The notes: a model not told the origin generated them from the sequence alone. A stretch of DNA of 64,000 nt from an uncultured Actinomycetota bacterium (GCA_963784905.1 CAWATP010000013.1:65836-129835), one strand, 5' to 3'; shown: positions 8,354 through 18,738, numbered from the stretch's first letter. A program made the numbers and translations.

Positions 8354-8716
8354 TTAGGCCGAGGGCCGCTCGGGGCTGAACCAAGCCTCGGGCGGCTCTT
8401 CGCGTCCCGTCTGCTGCAGCCACATCTGCGCCTGGTTTGTGAGTGCTTGGATCAAAGGGAATACCTGTTCCGCGGGTATCCGAATACGCGAAACGACTTT
8501 GGTCAACAGCACGTGACCATCAGCCTCGGGGTCTAGCAGCTTCGCCTCGACAACAGGCTGCTTGACGGAGAGAAAGTCGAGCACAAAAGTCGACGGCGTG
8601 TTCCAGATGTTGGCGAAGTCGGCGAAGACGCCCGCTTCTTGTTCTGGGGGCAACTCGATCCCGAGTTGGGGCTGCTGGTCTTCAACCTGTTCGAACGGTG
8701 TGTCTTCGGCACTCAT
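8354..8716 (-). CDS. small acidic cytoplasmic protein, DUF3467-like
   Basis: 120 aa. The motif GVFADFANIWNTPSTFVLDFLS resembles the Y/F-A-N-x-x-x-x-x-x-x-x-E/T-F-x-L-D-F core I associate with DUF3467. The family assignment is from memory only. Confidence 0.5.
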   Translation of the reverse strand: MSAEDTPFEQVEDQQPQLGIELPPEQEAGVFADFANIWNTPSTFVLDFLSVKQPVVEAKLLDPEADGHVLLTKVVSRIRIPAEQVFPLIQALTNQAQMWLQQTGREEPPEAWFSPERPSA

Positions 8717-8752
8717 AGCGGCAGCCTACGCGCGGCGCAGCCAGCGAGGACA

Positions 8753-9658
8753 TCACCGCAGCAGCAGGCGAGTCTGTTCGACATCCTTTGCCATTGCAGC
8801 CATGAGATCGTCGACGCTATCGAATTTCACGGTGCCACGAATGCGACTGATAAATTCAATTCCGATGTACTCGCCGTACAGTTCAAGCTCAGATTGATCC
8901 AGCGCATAAGTCTCGACCCGCCGCTCCAGCACGTCCTCGAAGGTGGGATTCGTGCCGATGGAGATAGCAGCAGGAAGCGCTTGCAGACCGGCTTGGCCGT
9001 GGGCTACCTCGCCACGGATCAGCCACCCGGCGTACACGCCGTCAGCAGGAATCAGGAGCCCATTTACCGTACCCAGGTTGGCGGTGGGGTACCCGATGGT
9101 GCGTCCGCGATGATTGCCGTGAATGACTGGACCTTCGAGGCGATGGGGCCGACCCAGCAAGACTTCAGCTTCTGCAACATCACCTTCAATGAGTGCGCCA
9201 CGGATGCGCGTACTACTTACACGATCGACCCCGAACTGCACTGCGGGAATCTCATGCACCGTGAGGCCCGCGCCGCGAAGGGTTTCGGCAGAACCACTGG
9301 CACGACGACCAAAGCGGAAGCCTTCGCCGACAACGACCACTTGTGCGTGGCACTCGCCAATCAGCACCTCTTCTATGAATTGCTGTGGTTCCTGTTCCGC
9401 ACGTTCGGCGTCGAAACGGCAGACATGGACATCAGCAATGCCTTCGTCCATCAGGACTGCGCGACGGCGAGCAATCGTCATGAGCAAGGGAATTTCGAGC
9501 CCTCGCAGCACGGTCATCGGGTGAGGATCGAAGGTGACTGCGGCGGCGCGGAGACCCTCGGCGTGGGCCAGAGAAACGGTCTTATCGACAAGCGCACGGT
9601 GACCTGCGTGCACACCGTCAAAAACTCCAATGGTGACGACGCTTGCTGTGTGCGACAT
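8753..9658 (-). CDS. ribF: bifunctional riboflavin kinase / FMN adenylyltransferase
   Basis: VVTIGVFDGVHAGHRALV N-terminal nucleotidyltransferase motif and a C-terminal riboflavin kinase region (..GYPTANL..). Located in the conserved truB-ribF position. Confidence 0.93.
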   Translation of the reverse strand: MSHTASVVTIGVFDGVHAGHRALVDKTVSLAHAEGLRAAAVTFDPHPMTVLRGLEIPLLMTIARRRAVLMDEGIADVHVCRFDAERAEQEPQQFIEEVLIGECHAQVVVVGEGFRFGRRASGSAETLRGAGLTVHEIPAVQFGVDRVSSTRIRGALIEGDVAEAEVLLGRPHRLEGPVIHGNHRGRTIGYPTANLGTVNGLLIPADGVYAGWLIRGEVAHGQAGLQALPAAISIGTNPTFEDVLERRVETYALDQSELELYGEYIGIEFISRIRGTVKFDSVDDLMAAMAKDVEQTRLLLR

Positions 9659-9688
9659 GGGTATATCAAACCATCCAACGGGAGTGGC

Positions 9689-10585
9689 TCATGCCGAGAA
9701 CACCGCGAAGTGCTGCCAAACGCCAGCACGTGATTCGGAAAGCGCCAGCAACGCCCCATCTGTTGCCGTCAGTCCGACGAGCCCAGAAGGTGCATCTTCC
9801 GACGCATCGATACGAGCGCCATGTAGCACCCGAGAAGTCTGCAGCGCATCGAGCTGCACCAGTGCATATTCTCGCTCCAGGACGTCCGTCAGTGGCATCA
9901 GACTGACCGTGTCTCCAACATCGGGCAGCGAGATCGCATCGCTCAGGCTGAAGTGACCCGCAGCCGTTCGGCGCAGCGCCGAGAGATGTGCACCAACACC
10001 GAGCGAATCTCCAAGATCACGGGCCAGCGCGCGAATATACGTGCCAGCTGTGCAGACAACGGAAACGTCAACCTCAACGAGTTCGGCATCGCGGCGGATG
10101 GCGGAAACGTCAAGGGAATGGATCGTGATCGGGCGAGGCGGCAGTTCGAAACTCTCCCCCGCACGCGCGCGCTTGTACGACCGAACACCATCAATCTTGA
10201 TCGCGGAAACCGAGGAAGGAATCTGCATAATGTCGCCCACATACTGAGAGGCAGCGCTCCGAATCGCCTCTTCAGTGAGATGGCTGGCTGGAGTTACCGC
10301 CGTCACCTGGCCCTCGGCATCCTCAGTATTCGTCGCTACTCCGAGTCGGATGGTGGCCTCGTAAGACTTGGTTGAAGCCGTGAGATGACCAAGCAATTTG
10401 GTGGCCCGCTCAATGCCGATCACGAGCACACCAGTCGCCATCGGATCCAGCGTGCCCGCATGGCCCACAGCGCGCGTTCCGCACACCTTACGCAGACGAG
10501 CGACGACGTCGTGGGAGGTAACACCAGCAGGTTTGTCGATGATGATGAGTCCATCAGCAGCGGTGCGTTGGCGAGGTTTGCCCAT
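9689..10585 (-). CDS. truB: tRNA pseudouridine(55) synthase
   Basis: DGLIIIDKPAGVTSHDVVARLRKVCGTRAVGHAGTLDPMATGVLVIG contains the catalytic Asp motif. The start is set at the internal ATG at 10585 (MGKPRQR..). The 413-aa ORF would overlap rbfA entirely. Confidence 0.93.
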   Translation of the reverse strand: MGKPRQRTAADGLIIIDKPAGVTSHDVVARLRKVCGTRAVGHAGTLDPMATGVLVIGIERATKLLGHLTASTKSYEATIRLGVATNTEDAEGQVTAVTPASHLTEEAIRSAASQYVGDIMQIPSSVSAIKIDGVRSYKRARAGESFELPPRPITIHSLDVSAIRRDAELVEVDVSVVCTAGTYIRALARDLGDSLGVGAHLSALRRTAAGHFSLSDAISLPDVGDTVSLMPLTDVLEREYALVQLDALQTSRVLHGARIDASEDAPSGLVGLTATDGALLALSESRAGVWQHFAVFSA

Positions 10586-10601
10586 AGGAGTCAGTCGCAG
10601 G

Positions 10602-11057
10602 CTAGGCCTGCTGCTCTTCCTCGTCTTCAGCATTGACATCGACGTCGCGCTTATACGGATCGGCATCGCCGGCATATTCAGCGCCTTCCTTGATCTCCGC
10701 GAGTGCCGCATCCGCCGCGTGCATTTCGCGGAGAAGCCCCTCGAGATGTGCCGAAGTTTCAGGTACCGCATCGATGATGAACTTGATCGACGGCGTGTGC
10801 TTGATGCCCATGCGCCGGCCAACCTCAGTTCGGATCTGCCCACGGGCGACTTCCAGTGCTTCCGAAGTCGCCTCGCGCTCTTCCGGAGTGCCGAAAACGG
10901 TGTAGAAGATGGTGGCCTCGCGGAAGTCATTCGTCAGGCGGGCATCCGTAATCGTGACGAAGCCCAAGCGCGCATCTTTCACACGGTACTCGATCGCCTC
11001 GGCGGCAATCTCTTGGATGCGCTTGGCCAACTGCCGCGCCCGCAAGGTTTCATTCAT
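10602..11057 (-). CDS. rbfA: ribosome-binding factor A
   Basis: MNETLRARQLAKRIQEIAAEAIEYRVKDARLGFVTITDARLTNDFREATIFYTVFG is typical RbfA, with an acidic C-terminal tail. Located downstream of infB. Confidence 0.93.
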   Translation of the reverse strand: MNETLRARQLAKRIQEIAAEAIEYRVKDARLGFVTITDARLTNDFREATIFYTVFGTPEEREATSEALEVARGQIRTEVGRRMGIKHTPSIKFIIDAVPETSAHLEGLLREMHAADAALAEIKEGAEYAGDADPYKRDVDVNAEDEEEQQA

Positions 11058-11140
11058 GGTCTGTCCTTAGCCGATTCGGCTGTTTGGGGTCTCACCTCGC
11101 ATTCGCGAGGCCAGACCCCAAACAAGTCGGTAAGCGGTAC

Positions 11141-13915
11141 TTATTGGGCGCGAGGCTTCTCGCGCATTTCGAAGGTCTCGATGCTGTCGCCAACACGGAG
11201 ATCGTTGTACGACCCAAGGCCGATGCCGCACTCGAAGCCCTCGCGGACCTCGGTTGCGTCGTCCTTGAAGCGTCGCAGCGAGTGGATCTGCAGGTTATCT
11301 GCAACCACCAGGCTGTCACGAACCAAGCGCGCCTTGCTGTTGCGCTTGATGGTGCCACCACGAACGATGCAACCTGCGATGGTGCCGAACTTCGAGGACT
11401 TGAAGACCTCACGCACCTCGGCGGAACCGAGTGATGCTTCCTCGAATTCGGGCTTGAGCATGCCCTTGAGCGCTGCCTCGACGTCCTCGATCGCTGCGTA
11501 GATGACGTTGTAGAAACGAATCTCCACACCCTCTTCGTCTGCGAGTTCAGCGACCTTGCCTTCGGGACGCACGTTGAAGCCAATGACGATGGCGTCGGAC
11601 GCAGCGGCCAAGGTGACGTCGCTCTTGTTGATTGCACCCACACCACGGTGCAGCACACGCAGGATGACTTCGTCGGACACCGACACCTTGATCAATGCAT
11701 CTTCAAGAGCTTCGACCGAGCCGGACACGTCACCCTTGATGATGAGTTTGAGTTCTTGCACCTCGCCCTTTTCGACGGTAGCGAGGAAGTCCTCAAGTGT
11801 GCGCTTCACGCGGGTCTTGGCCAGATGTGCATTGCGCTCACGAGCCGCACGAGCCTGTGCGATCTGACGAGCAATGCGATCCTCGCTGACGACAAGGAAC
11901 GAGTCGCCTGCGCCGGGCACGGAAGTGAGACCAAGTACCTGAACCGCACGCGACGGACCAGCCTCAGAGAGCGGTTGACCGTTCTCGTCGAGCATGGCAC
12001 GAACGCGACCGTAGGCATCACCGGCGACGATGGAGTCGCCCGGGCGCAGCGTGCCGCGCTGGACGAGCACTGTCGCCACGGGACCACGACCGCGGTCAAG
12101 GTGTGCCTCAATGGCGACACCTTCAGCGTCTCGATCGGCGTTGGCACGCAGGTCAATCGCTGCGTCGGCGGTGAGCAGCACTGCCTCGAGCAACTTATCG
12201 ATGTTCAATCCATTGCGCGCCGAGATATCGACGAACATGGTGTCGCCACCAAACTCCTCAGCAACCAAGCCGAATTCCGTGAGCTGCGTACGAACACGCA
12301 TTGCATCAGCTTCCGGCTTGTCAATCTTGTTCACTGCAACCACGATCGGCACATTGGCCGCTTGGGCGTGGTTGAGCGCTTCAATCGTCTGCGGCTTCAC
12401 ACCATCATCGGCTGCAACCACGAGCACTGCGATGTCGGTGACCTGCGCGCCACGAGCACGCATGGCCGTGAAGGCCTCGTGACCGGGGGTATCAATGAAG
12501 GTCATCGCACGTTCGATGCCATCGTGTTCCGTCATGACCTGGTAGGCACCAATGTGCTGCGTGATGCCGCCCGCTTCGCCCTCGACCACGTGGGTCTTGC
12601 GGATTGCGTCGAGCAGGCGCGTCTTGCCATGATCGACGTGGCCCATGACGGTCACAACCGGAGGACGCACCGTGAGGAAGGCGTCGTCATCTTCGTCACC
12701 ACCGAACTCAAGGTTGTAGGACTCGAGCAATTCACGGTCCTCGTCCTCGGGCGAGACGACCTCAACGACGTACTGGAGTTCTGAGCCGAGCAACTTCAGG
12801 GTGTCATCGTCGACGCTCTGCGTCGCGTTGACCATCTCGCCGAGTTTGAACATGACGGTGACCAGCGCTGCCGGATTGGCTCCGATCTTCTCAGCGAAGT
12901 CAGTGAGTGAAGCGCCGCGCGGCAAACGCACCGCGGAGCCGCCACCGAGCGGTACTGAGATGCCGCCAAGGATCGGGGCAGCCAAGTTGTCGAATTCTTG
13001 ACGCTTCTCGCGCTTGCTCTTGCGGTTACGTGAAGCCTTGCCGCCACCACGACCAAAGGCGCCCGCTGCGTTACCGCGTCCGCCTGTGGAGGCACCTGGA
13101 CGTGGAGGACCACCGGCGGGACCACCGGCAGGTGCACCGGTACCGGCTGGGCGAGGACCGCCGAAGCCACCAGGGCGAGGACCGCCCGCTCCGGCCGGGC
13201 GAGGACCGCCGAAGCCACCGGGGCGAGGGCCGCCAGCACCTGCCGGACGACCTGGACCACCGGGGCGACCAGGCCCGCCCGCTCCGGCCGGGCGACCGGG
13301 GCCGCCAGGACCACCTTGCGGGCGCACGCCGAGTGGGCGCTGCGCCGGCATGGCACCGGGGTTGGGACGCGGGCGCGGCATGTCAGTCGGGCTACCCGCG
13401 GTGGGGCGACGCGGGGCGTCATCACGCTCGGGGCGACTCGTGTCGCGCGTCATGAAGGGGTTGTTGCCGACTCGCGGTCCACCCGGGCGCGGCGCGGCCG
13501 GACGTGGCCGCGGCATATCCGAAGGATTACCAGCCGACGGTGCGGCCGGTGTCGCCGGAGCAGCGGGTGCCTCGAACGTGACCGCCGGCGCAGGCTTTTC
13601 TACTGCGGGAGAGGTCGATGGCGTGGGGGCAAATGCTGCCGGAGTGGCCGCCGGAGCAGGCGACTCGGCCACGGGGGTTGCTGCTGGTGGAGCGGCTTCC
13701 GAAGCAGCGGCGGCCTTCTTCGGCGCAGCCTTCTTGACCGGCTTGGCTTCTGCAGATGGCGCAGGCACAGCCTCGCGCAGTTTGCGGGCAGCGGGGGCTT
13801 CGATCGTCGACGAAGCCGACTTCACGAATTCTCCAAGCTCTTGGAGCTTGGTGACCGCTTCCTTGCTAGTGATACCGAGCTCTTTGGCGAGCTCATGAAC
13901 CCTGAGTTTTGACAC
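11141..13915 (-). CDS. infB: translation initiation factor IF-2
   Basis: 924 aa with a GTG start. The N-terminus is [14 protein letters not shown], followed by a long P/G/A-rich region and the GTPase core [29 protein letters not shown]. Confidence 0.97.
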   Translation of the reverse strand: MSKLRVHELAKELGITSKEAVTKLQELGEFVKSASSTIEAPAARKLREAVPAPSAEAKPVKKAAPKKAAAASEAAPPAATPVAESPAPAATPAAFAPTPSTSPAVEKPAPAVTFEAPAAPATPAAPSAGNPSDMPRPRPAAPRPGGPRVGNNPFMTRDTSRPERDDAPRRPTAGSPTDMPRPRPNPGAMPAQRPLGVRPQGGPGGPGRPAGAGGPGRPGGPGRPAGAGGPRPGGFGGPRPAGAGGPRPGGFGGPRPAGTGAPAGGPAGGPPRPGASTGGRGNAAGAFGRGGGKASRNRKSKREKRQEFDNLAAPILGGISVPLGGGSAVRLPRGASLTDFAEKIGANPAALVTVMFKLGEMVNATQSVDDDTLKLLGSELQYVVEVVSPEDEDRELLESYNLEFGGDEDDDAFLTVRPPVVTVMGHVDHGKTRLLDAIRKTHVVEGEAGGITQHIGAYQVMTEHDGIERAMTFIDTPGHEAFTAMRARGAQVTDIAVLVVAADDGVKPQTIEALNHAQAANVPIVVAVNKIDKPEADAMRVRTQLTEFGLVAEEFGGDTMFVDISARNGLNIDKLLEAVLLTADAAIDLRANADRDAEGVAIEAHLDRGRGPVATVLVQRGTLRPGDSIVAGDAYGRVRAMLDENGQPLSEAGPSRAVQVLGLTSVPGAGDSFLVVSEDRIARQIAQARAARERNAHLAKTRVKRTLEDFLATVEKGEVQELKLIIKGDVSGSVEALEDALIKVSVSDEVILRVLHRGVGAINKSDVTLAAASDAIVIGFNVRPEGKVAELADEEGVEIRFYNVIYAAIEDVEAALKGMLKPEFEEASLGSAEVREVFKSSKFGTIAGCIVRGGTIKRNSKARLVRDSLVVADNLQIHSLRRFKDDATEVREGFECGIGLGSYNDLRVGDSIETFEMREKPRAQ

Positions 13916-14017
13916 AGTTCCTCTTCGCGTCGTGTGCTCAGGGCCGGGGTGGCCTAGAGCACGTCTTGGAGCACGCTCATCGCGTGCTCACTTGGTACTC
14001 ATTGAGTACTCATCCCG

Positions 14018-14326
14018 TCACGCTCCCGCGTGGTCAGTGGTGGCTATGGACATTCGAAACTCCTCGGTGACGAGCGGAGCCTGCGTCAACCGAAGTGCAC
14101 GCTGGAATGCCCGGCGTGACTCCGCTTGCTGCAGGCACAAGAGATCACGATGCAGATACGCACCGCGACCGGCGAGCTGTGCCCGTACGTCGGCGATGAT
14201 GACACCGTCTACGCAAATGACACGTTGGAGTTCCGTTTTCGCAGCCGTCTTCCGGCAGCCCACGCAGGTGCGCACGGGCGTCGGTGAAACGATTGCAGTG
14301 GTCGATTCTATCGTGCTCACACCCAT
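14018..14326 (-). CDS. ylxR: YlxR/DUF448 family RNA-binding protein
   Basis: RTCVGCRKTAAKTELQRV...GRGAYLH is the family signature. It lies between nusA and infB. The start is set at the ATG at 14326, just after the nusA stop. Confidence 0.8.
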   Translation of the reverse strand: MGVSTIESTTAIVSPTPVRTCVGCRKTAAKTELQRVICVDGVIIADVRAQLAGRGAYLHRDLLCLQQAESRRAFQRALRLTQAPLVTEEFRMSIATTDHAGA

Positions 14327-14328
14327 GC

Positions 14329-15300
14329 TCAGGACGCGGAGGCGTCGGACCGGATATCGATCTTCCAACCCGTCAAACGAGCGGCGAGTCGGGCGTTCTG
14401 ACCTTCCTTGCCGATGGCGAGGGAAAGCTGGTAGTCGGGAACCACAACGCGCACCTGCCGGGTCGATGAATCGACCACTTCCACGCTTACAACGCGCGCT
14501 GGAGACAACGCTGCGGCCACATACTCGGCCGGATCGTCGGAGTAATCAACGATGTCAATCTTCTCGCCGTGCAGCTCATTGACGACATTTCGGACACGCG
14601 CACCCATTGGGCCGATACACGAACCCTTGGCCGCCACCCCCTGCTTGTGGGAAATGACCGACATCTTGGTGCGGTGGCCGGCCTCGCGAGCGATACCCAT
14701 GATCTCGACGGTGCCGTCCGCAATCTCCGGCACTTCGAGCTCGAAGAGCGCCTTGACCAGGTTGGGGTGTGAACGGCTCAGTTGCACCGAAGGTCCGCGC
14801 ATGCCCATCTTCGTCTGCACCACGATCACCTTGATGCGCAGTCCGTGCTCGTAGGTTTCGCCTGGCACCTGCTCGCCCGGAGGGATGACGCCTTCGATCT
14901 TGCCGAGATTGACGTGCACCATCTTGGGATCGAAGGACTGCTGGACGACGCCGCTGACGATGTCGCCCTCCTTGCCCTGGAACTCGTTGTGCGTGACCAG
15001 GTCATTGGCATCGCGCAGGCGCTGCATGAGCATCGATCGAGCCGTCGTTGCTGCGATGCGGCCGAAATCGGTGGGCGTGTCATCGGACTCGCCGATACGG
15101 GCGCCGTCTTCGTCAAACTCATACCGCCACACCGTCACGTGCCCGGTCTGCTTGTTCATCTCAACACGGCCATACACGTCTTCGCCATTGGCGTTGTGGT
15201 AGGCGGTCCAGAGGGCTTCTTCAATGCCGGCGACCAGCGATTCGACCGAAATCGAGCGCTCTGTCGCTACTGCTCTGAGTGCACTCATGTCGATATCCAT
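14329..15300 (-). CDS. nusA: transcription termination/antitermination factor NusA
   Basis: The N-terminal domain, S1 and two KH regions are recognisable (..GDIVSGVVQQ.., ..GPMGARVRNVVNELHGEKIDIV.., ..AIGKEGQNARLAARLTGWKIDI). The start ATG at 15300 immediately follows the rimP stop. Confidence 0.95.
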   Translation of the reverse strand: MDIDMSALRAVATERSISVESLVAGIEEALWTAYHNANGEDVYGRVEMNKQTGHVTVWRYEFDEDGARIGESDDTPTDFGRIAATTARSMLMQRLRDANDLVTHNEFQGKEGDIVSGVVQQSFDPKMVHVNLGKIEGVIPPGEQVPGETYEHGLRIKVIVVQTKMGMRGPSVQLSRSHPNLVKALFELEVPEIADGTVEIMGIAREAGHRTKMSVISHKQGVAAKGSCIGPMGARVRNVVNELHGEKIDIVDYSDDPAEYVAAALSPARVVSVEVVDSSTRQVRVVVPDYQLSLAIGKEGQNARLAARLTGWKIDIRSDASAS

Positions 15301-15301
15301 G

Positions 15302-15853
15302 TCACTCCTCCTCGTCGGTCTGTGCAAAATCTGCGTCGGCTTCGGTTACGTCGCGATCGCTTCCGTCATCGATGAGTTCGAGTTCGTCGTCGCGGATCTT
15401 GCGGTTGAACTCAACCTGCATGATCGCCTTGACGATGTCCTTGGTGTTGCGTTTGCGGGTAGCACCCTTGAGATTGAAGATGACTTCGCCGGTTTCCTCG
15501 TCAAACTCGAGGATGCGACCCATGTCTTCGCGACCATCGGCAAACTGGATCTTCACGTTGCGGCCCACCGCGCGACGCCAGTGACGCGGCAGTGTGAGAG
15601 GGCGTTCGACGCCAGGCGATGTCACTTCGAGGGTCCAGTCGTCATCGCCCATGGTCTGGGCCTCTTCGAGGACTTCGGCAACCGCACGCGACACGTCTGC
15701 AATGAGGTCAAGATTCACGCCTTCATCGCCGTCAACGACGATCTTCACCAGTTTGCGGCGGCCGACCGTGCTGATGCGAAGCTCTTCAAGATCAAGGTCA
15801 AGGGAGCACACCACCGGCTCAATGACCGCGGTAACTGCGGAAACGTCGGACAT
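15302..15853 (-). CDS. rimP: ribosome maturation factor RimP
   Basis: 183 aa in the position upstream of nusA. The sequence ..LEELRISTVGRRKLVKIVVDGDEGVNLDLIADVSRAV.. is typical RimP. Confidence 0.9.
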   Translation of the reverse strand: MSDVSAVTAVIEPVVCSLDLDLEELRISTVGRRKLVKIVVDGDEGVNLDLIADVSRAVAEVLEEAQTMGDDDWTLEVTSPGVERPLTLPRHWRRAVGRNVKIQFADGREDMGRILEFDEETGEVIFNLKGATRKRNTKDIVKAIMQVEFNRKIRDDELELIDDGSDRDVTEADADFAQTDEEE

Positions 15854-16027
15854 ATAGCGCTCCCTATCCTGTTATGGCCGTGCGGTTTTGGGGCGATTAG
15901 TCCCGGTGGCGGCAGGGTAACCCAAACCGCGGGTGACGCGGAACCGGCAACTGCCAACTGCATCGAGACCTGCGCGTTCGCGGCCAAGCACGGCCCACTT
16001 CAGCAGACAGGAAGCAGGCCAACGGCC

Positions 16028-16085
16028 GTCTTGACTCAAAGTCAAGACAGATGAACAATGTGACTTTCCATGACTAGGAAGTCAC
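16028..16085 (+). promoter_or_regulatory. two inverted repeats built on TGACT/AGTCA directly upstream of, and abutting, the 16086 start codon
   Basis: IR1 is gtcttgact-caa-agtcaagac (16028-16048, a perfect 9-bp dyad). IR2 is gtgactt-N12-aagtcac (16060-16085), whose right arm and loop contain the AGGAAG Shine-Dalgarno and which ends at the ATG. Confidence 0.35.
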
Positions 16086-16646
16086 ATGAAGTTCAAGTAC
16101 TTGCTCGGTGCACTGGCGCTCGTTGCGTCAGGTGCCGCAGTTGGAGTTGGAAACCTCGCGCAAGCCACTGACAACGGGATACCCGCCTTTCAAGCTAAGG
16201 TCGGCTCGTCTACAACTCAAGAACCTGTCGCTCAGGCAGTCCGGGAAGTTGCATCGGCGCCTGGACCCCGAACCCTCACGGCCAGCGCGACCGCTACCTA
16301 CTACTCGCCGGCCGGGTGCAAGGGGAGCACGAACTACCCACATTTGAGCGGCACCGATGCATCTGTCCACGGAACGATGATCTGCAGATACGCGGTTGAA
16401 CAGGTGGCAACGGCAACAGAGCTTACGAGGGATCGCTGGTTCGGCTACGAGACGCTCGGCACGGACTTCTCGAAGCGTGATTGGTCCACTTGGAGCGGCA
16501 ACGCCACCCCGCACGTCAGCTGCCTCGGAGAAGGCTGGTATCGCTACCGCGGATGGTCCACGCACAAGAGTCTTGAGTCAGGCATGGTCTACGCAAGCGA
16601 CACTTGGAACTGGCAGTTCCCAGGCGTCAGCGAATTCACCTGTTAA
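16086..16646 (+). CDS. secreted hypothetical protein, four conserved Cys, Trp/Tyr-rich
   Basis: Signal peptide MKFKYLLGALALVASGAAVGVGNLAQA|T. The mature protein is ~159 aa with Cys spacing C-x21-C-x45-C-x39-C, the last residue being Cys. I recognise no family. Confidence 0.6.
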   Translation: MKFKYLLGALALVASGAAVGVGNLAQATDNGIPAFQAKVGSSTTQEPVAQAVREVASAPGPRTLTASATATYYSPAGCKGSTNYPHLSGTDASVHGTMICRYAVEQVATATELTRDRWFGYETLGTDFSKRDWSTWSGNATPHVSCLGEGWYRYRGWSTHKSLESGMVYASDTWNWQFPGVSEFTC

Positions 16647-17224
16647 TGCCGTACAAAAGACTGCGCGCCGTCGCCGCGATATGCCTTGCGTTGCTCGTGA
16701 TCCTCACGTGCGAGTCGCCGTCCGAGCCACGGTCGGCTCGAGACAAGGCACTCGACGGCAACGGCGTGCAGCTACTGCACCGAGTCGAGGCACCCCCCGA
16801 TTCCCCTCCCCAGCTGCGCATCAATGGCAGGAGAATTCTTCCAATCGCGTACTACTGGCACTCCCCGGCGACCGGACGAGTCACGAAGCGCGCTCCGGAC
16901 TCCATTAGCGACGACCGCGTTACAGCTTTGCGCTCGCCCAAGGGCAAACCGTGGAATCTTGTCCTCGAATCCAACGTTGCACCTGAGCGAGTAGAAATAC
17001 GCTGGACGGCGTCACCCGATCTGACCTCACTCGCGAACGCGCGCGTAATTCAACTTTGTAGGCACCCCTGTGGGACCTCTACAACCGACGGCTGGGCGCT
17101 GCCGCGCCTGCTTCTGCCCGCGAACGTTCGAAGCGTCCTGACTGTCGCAATGTATTCAATCGCCGATATCTCGAGCCCGTTGTTCGCCAACACGGCGAGC
17201 TACGTCCTGCAGTTGACCGGGTAG
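16646..17224 (+). CDS. hypothetical exported protein / possible lipoprotein
   Basis: The ATG at 16646 overlaps the upstream stop (TAATG). N-terminus MPYKRLRAVAAICLALLVILTC has a weak lipobox-like ILTC. I recognise no family. Confidence 0.5.
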   Translation: MPYKRLRAVAAICLALLVILTCESPSEPRSARDKALDGNGVQLLHRVEAPPDSPPQLRINGRRILPIAYYWHSPATGRVTKRAPDSISDDRVTALRSPKGKPWNLVLESNVAPERVEIRWTASPDLTSLANARVIQLCRHPCGTSTTDGWALPRLLLPANVRSVLTVAMYSIADISSPLFANTASYVLQLTG

Positions 17225-17233
17225 GATCGGAGC

Positions 17234-17887
17234 ATGGCCCAGCGAACCTCTGGCCGCCCCCAGTTCGGCACGGAGCTCAGCACTGTGAGCGGCTTCACGG
17301 TGCCTGGGTACCAGGTTTACTTACGCGTGCTTGCTGCGTTTGAGGCCGTCGGCAACACGCCAACAACGACCTGGTCGGAGCTCGCAGCGGCTCGAGGTTT
17401 GGCTTTGCGCGCAGACACAAGCTGTTGGGATCTTGGGCTTGATCGCAGTTCAGATGGCTCTGATGGCTTACTGCCCGCATATGGGTATTGGAGCGCGAAA
17501 CACCTCGCATCGCTCGCTGTAGCTTTGGCAACAGCCACGACCCCTGAGGAACCGTGCACCTGGGTCACATGGGATGGATATGCAGGTGACCGAGTGCTAG
17601 CGGAAGCCTCCCGGCGAACTACAAAGTTGGACCTCGGCAACTGGATCTCGCCCGCGACGGCGCACGAGCAGGAGCGACCGCTGCGCTGGTTAGCGAGCAG
17701 GTCTCGGGAGAATGGCAATCATATTCCGCTCGCGGGCTGGCCGAGCTCGCACGCGTGGGTGCTGGCGGCGCCTATAGACCACGATTCACTTTACATATCC
17801 TGCAGCACCGAACTTGCACTCGAACTAGAACATCGACTGGAAACGATGCGCGTACTGCGAGTGACTCGTGTCCAGCAAGGGTACTGA
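17234..17887 (+). CDS. hypothetical cytoplasmic protein
   Basis: 217 aa, 9 nt after the previous stop, with GGAG upstream. The C-terminal motif AGWPSSHAWVLAAPIDHDSLYISCS resembles a WP-x-D-x-x-W-x-x-x-x-x-D-x-D-S-x-Y motif seen in uncharacterised actinobacterial proteins (from memory only). Confidence 0.5.
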   Translation: MAQRTSGRPQFGTELSTVSGFTVPGYQVYLRVLAAFEAVGNTPTTTWSELAAARGLALRADTSCWDLGLDRSSDGSDGLLPAYGYWSAKHLASLAVALATATTPEEPCTWVTWDGYAGDRVLAEASRRTTKLDLGNWISPATAHEQERPLRWLASRSRENGNHIPLAGWPSSHAWVLAAPIDHDSLYISCSTELALELEHRLETMRVLRVTRVQQGY

Positions 17888-17976
17888 ACCGAACCCAGAC
17901 TCAGTGCCTACACGGAATCACGCTGCCCTGGTACAGCATTGCCAAGGGCACGGTTTCCGCTTCTCGGAGTGCGCAC

Positions 17977-18738
17977 CTACAGCAGTGACCAGGCGAGCTT
18001 GAGCAGCAGGGCGCCAGTGGTACACAGGAAAACAAAGCGAACGAAGCCCGAACCCCGTGCGATCGCCATGCTTGCACCGAGCCAGCCACCGAGCGCGTTC
18101 GCGGTGCCCATGCAGAGCGCGACCCACAACAGGATGTGCCCTGTTGCGCCGAATACGAGGATGGATGCCAAGTTGGTGGCCCAGTTCGCGAGCTTCGCCG
18201 CGACCGACGCGCCGAGGAACGACAACCCCACCCAACTGACGAAACCAAACAGCAGGAAGCTGCCGGTACCCGGACCGATCAGGCCGTCATAGAAGCCGAC
18301 GGCGGCGGCGAGCACAAGAGCTCTACCGCGAGCCGACGCCTCGAACACCTCGTGGTCCGTGACGCGCCTACTCACTGCGGTGTTCAGCCACACGAGCGCC
18401 AGCACCACGACGATCACGGGTCGGAGCAACTCCGTCGAGACGCGAGTCGCCGTGAAAGAACCGATTCCGGATGCCACGAACGCAACTGCCATGATGCCGC
18501 GCGCCAAACCCCAATCGGGCTTGTGCGCACGCGTATAGGTGCGCACGGCAACAGACGTGCCGATGATGCTCGACGTCTTATTCGTGCCCATCGCGGTCAG
18601 CGTCGCGGAATGCGGGAAGACGAGCAGCAGCGCCGGCAACTGGATGAGCCCTCCCCCGCCAGCAACGGCGTCAATCCAACCCGCGAACAGCGCTGCCACA
18701 ACGAGCAACGCGATGGTGTTCGCGTGGAGTTCGATCAC
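17977..18738 (-). CDS. TSUP family (TauE/SafE, DUF81) anion exporter-type membrane protein
   Basis: Polytopic and hydrophobic. ..[26 protein letters not shown].. is the family signature. The GTG start overlaps the proS stop (GTGA). Confidence 0.85.
   Translation of the reverse strand: MIELHANTIALLVVAALFAGWIDAVAGGGGLIQLPALLLVFPHSATLTAMGTNKTSSIIGTSVAVRTYTRAHKPDWGLARGIMAVAFVASGIGSFTATRVSTELLRPVIVVVLALVWLNTAVSRRVTDHEVFEASARGRALVLAAAVGFYDGLIGPGTGSFLLFGFVSWVGLSFLGASVAAKLANWATNLASILVFGATGHILLWVALCMGTANALGGWLGASMAIARGSGFVRFVFLCTTGALLLKLAWSLL

Noticed and set aside
9689-10930. Long N-terminal extensions on several track ORFs (truB to 10930, rpsO to 4033, pyrH to 48518, lepB to 58819, rplS to 59180, rpsB to 52496, GGDEF from 48163, asnC from 36406, etc.)
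   Set aside because: The extensions overlap the upstream gene or hairpins, and they lack homology to the family N-termini. Internal ATG/GTG codons with good Shine-Dalgarno sequences sit exactly where homologues start.
8639-12784. A series of long plus-strand ORFs (8639-9733, 10398-11501, 11648-12784)
   Set aside because: Each is antisense to ribF, truB/rbfA or infB, all of which have strong family signatures. The antisense translations show no motifs.
13014-13898. 294-aa plus-strand ORF rich in Pro/Gly/Ala
   Set aside because: It is the mirror image of the P/G/A-rich N-terminal region of IF-2 on the minus strand. Low-complexity sequence stays open in several frames.
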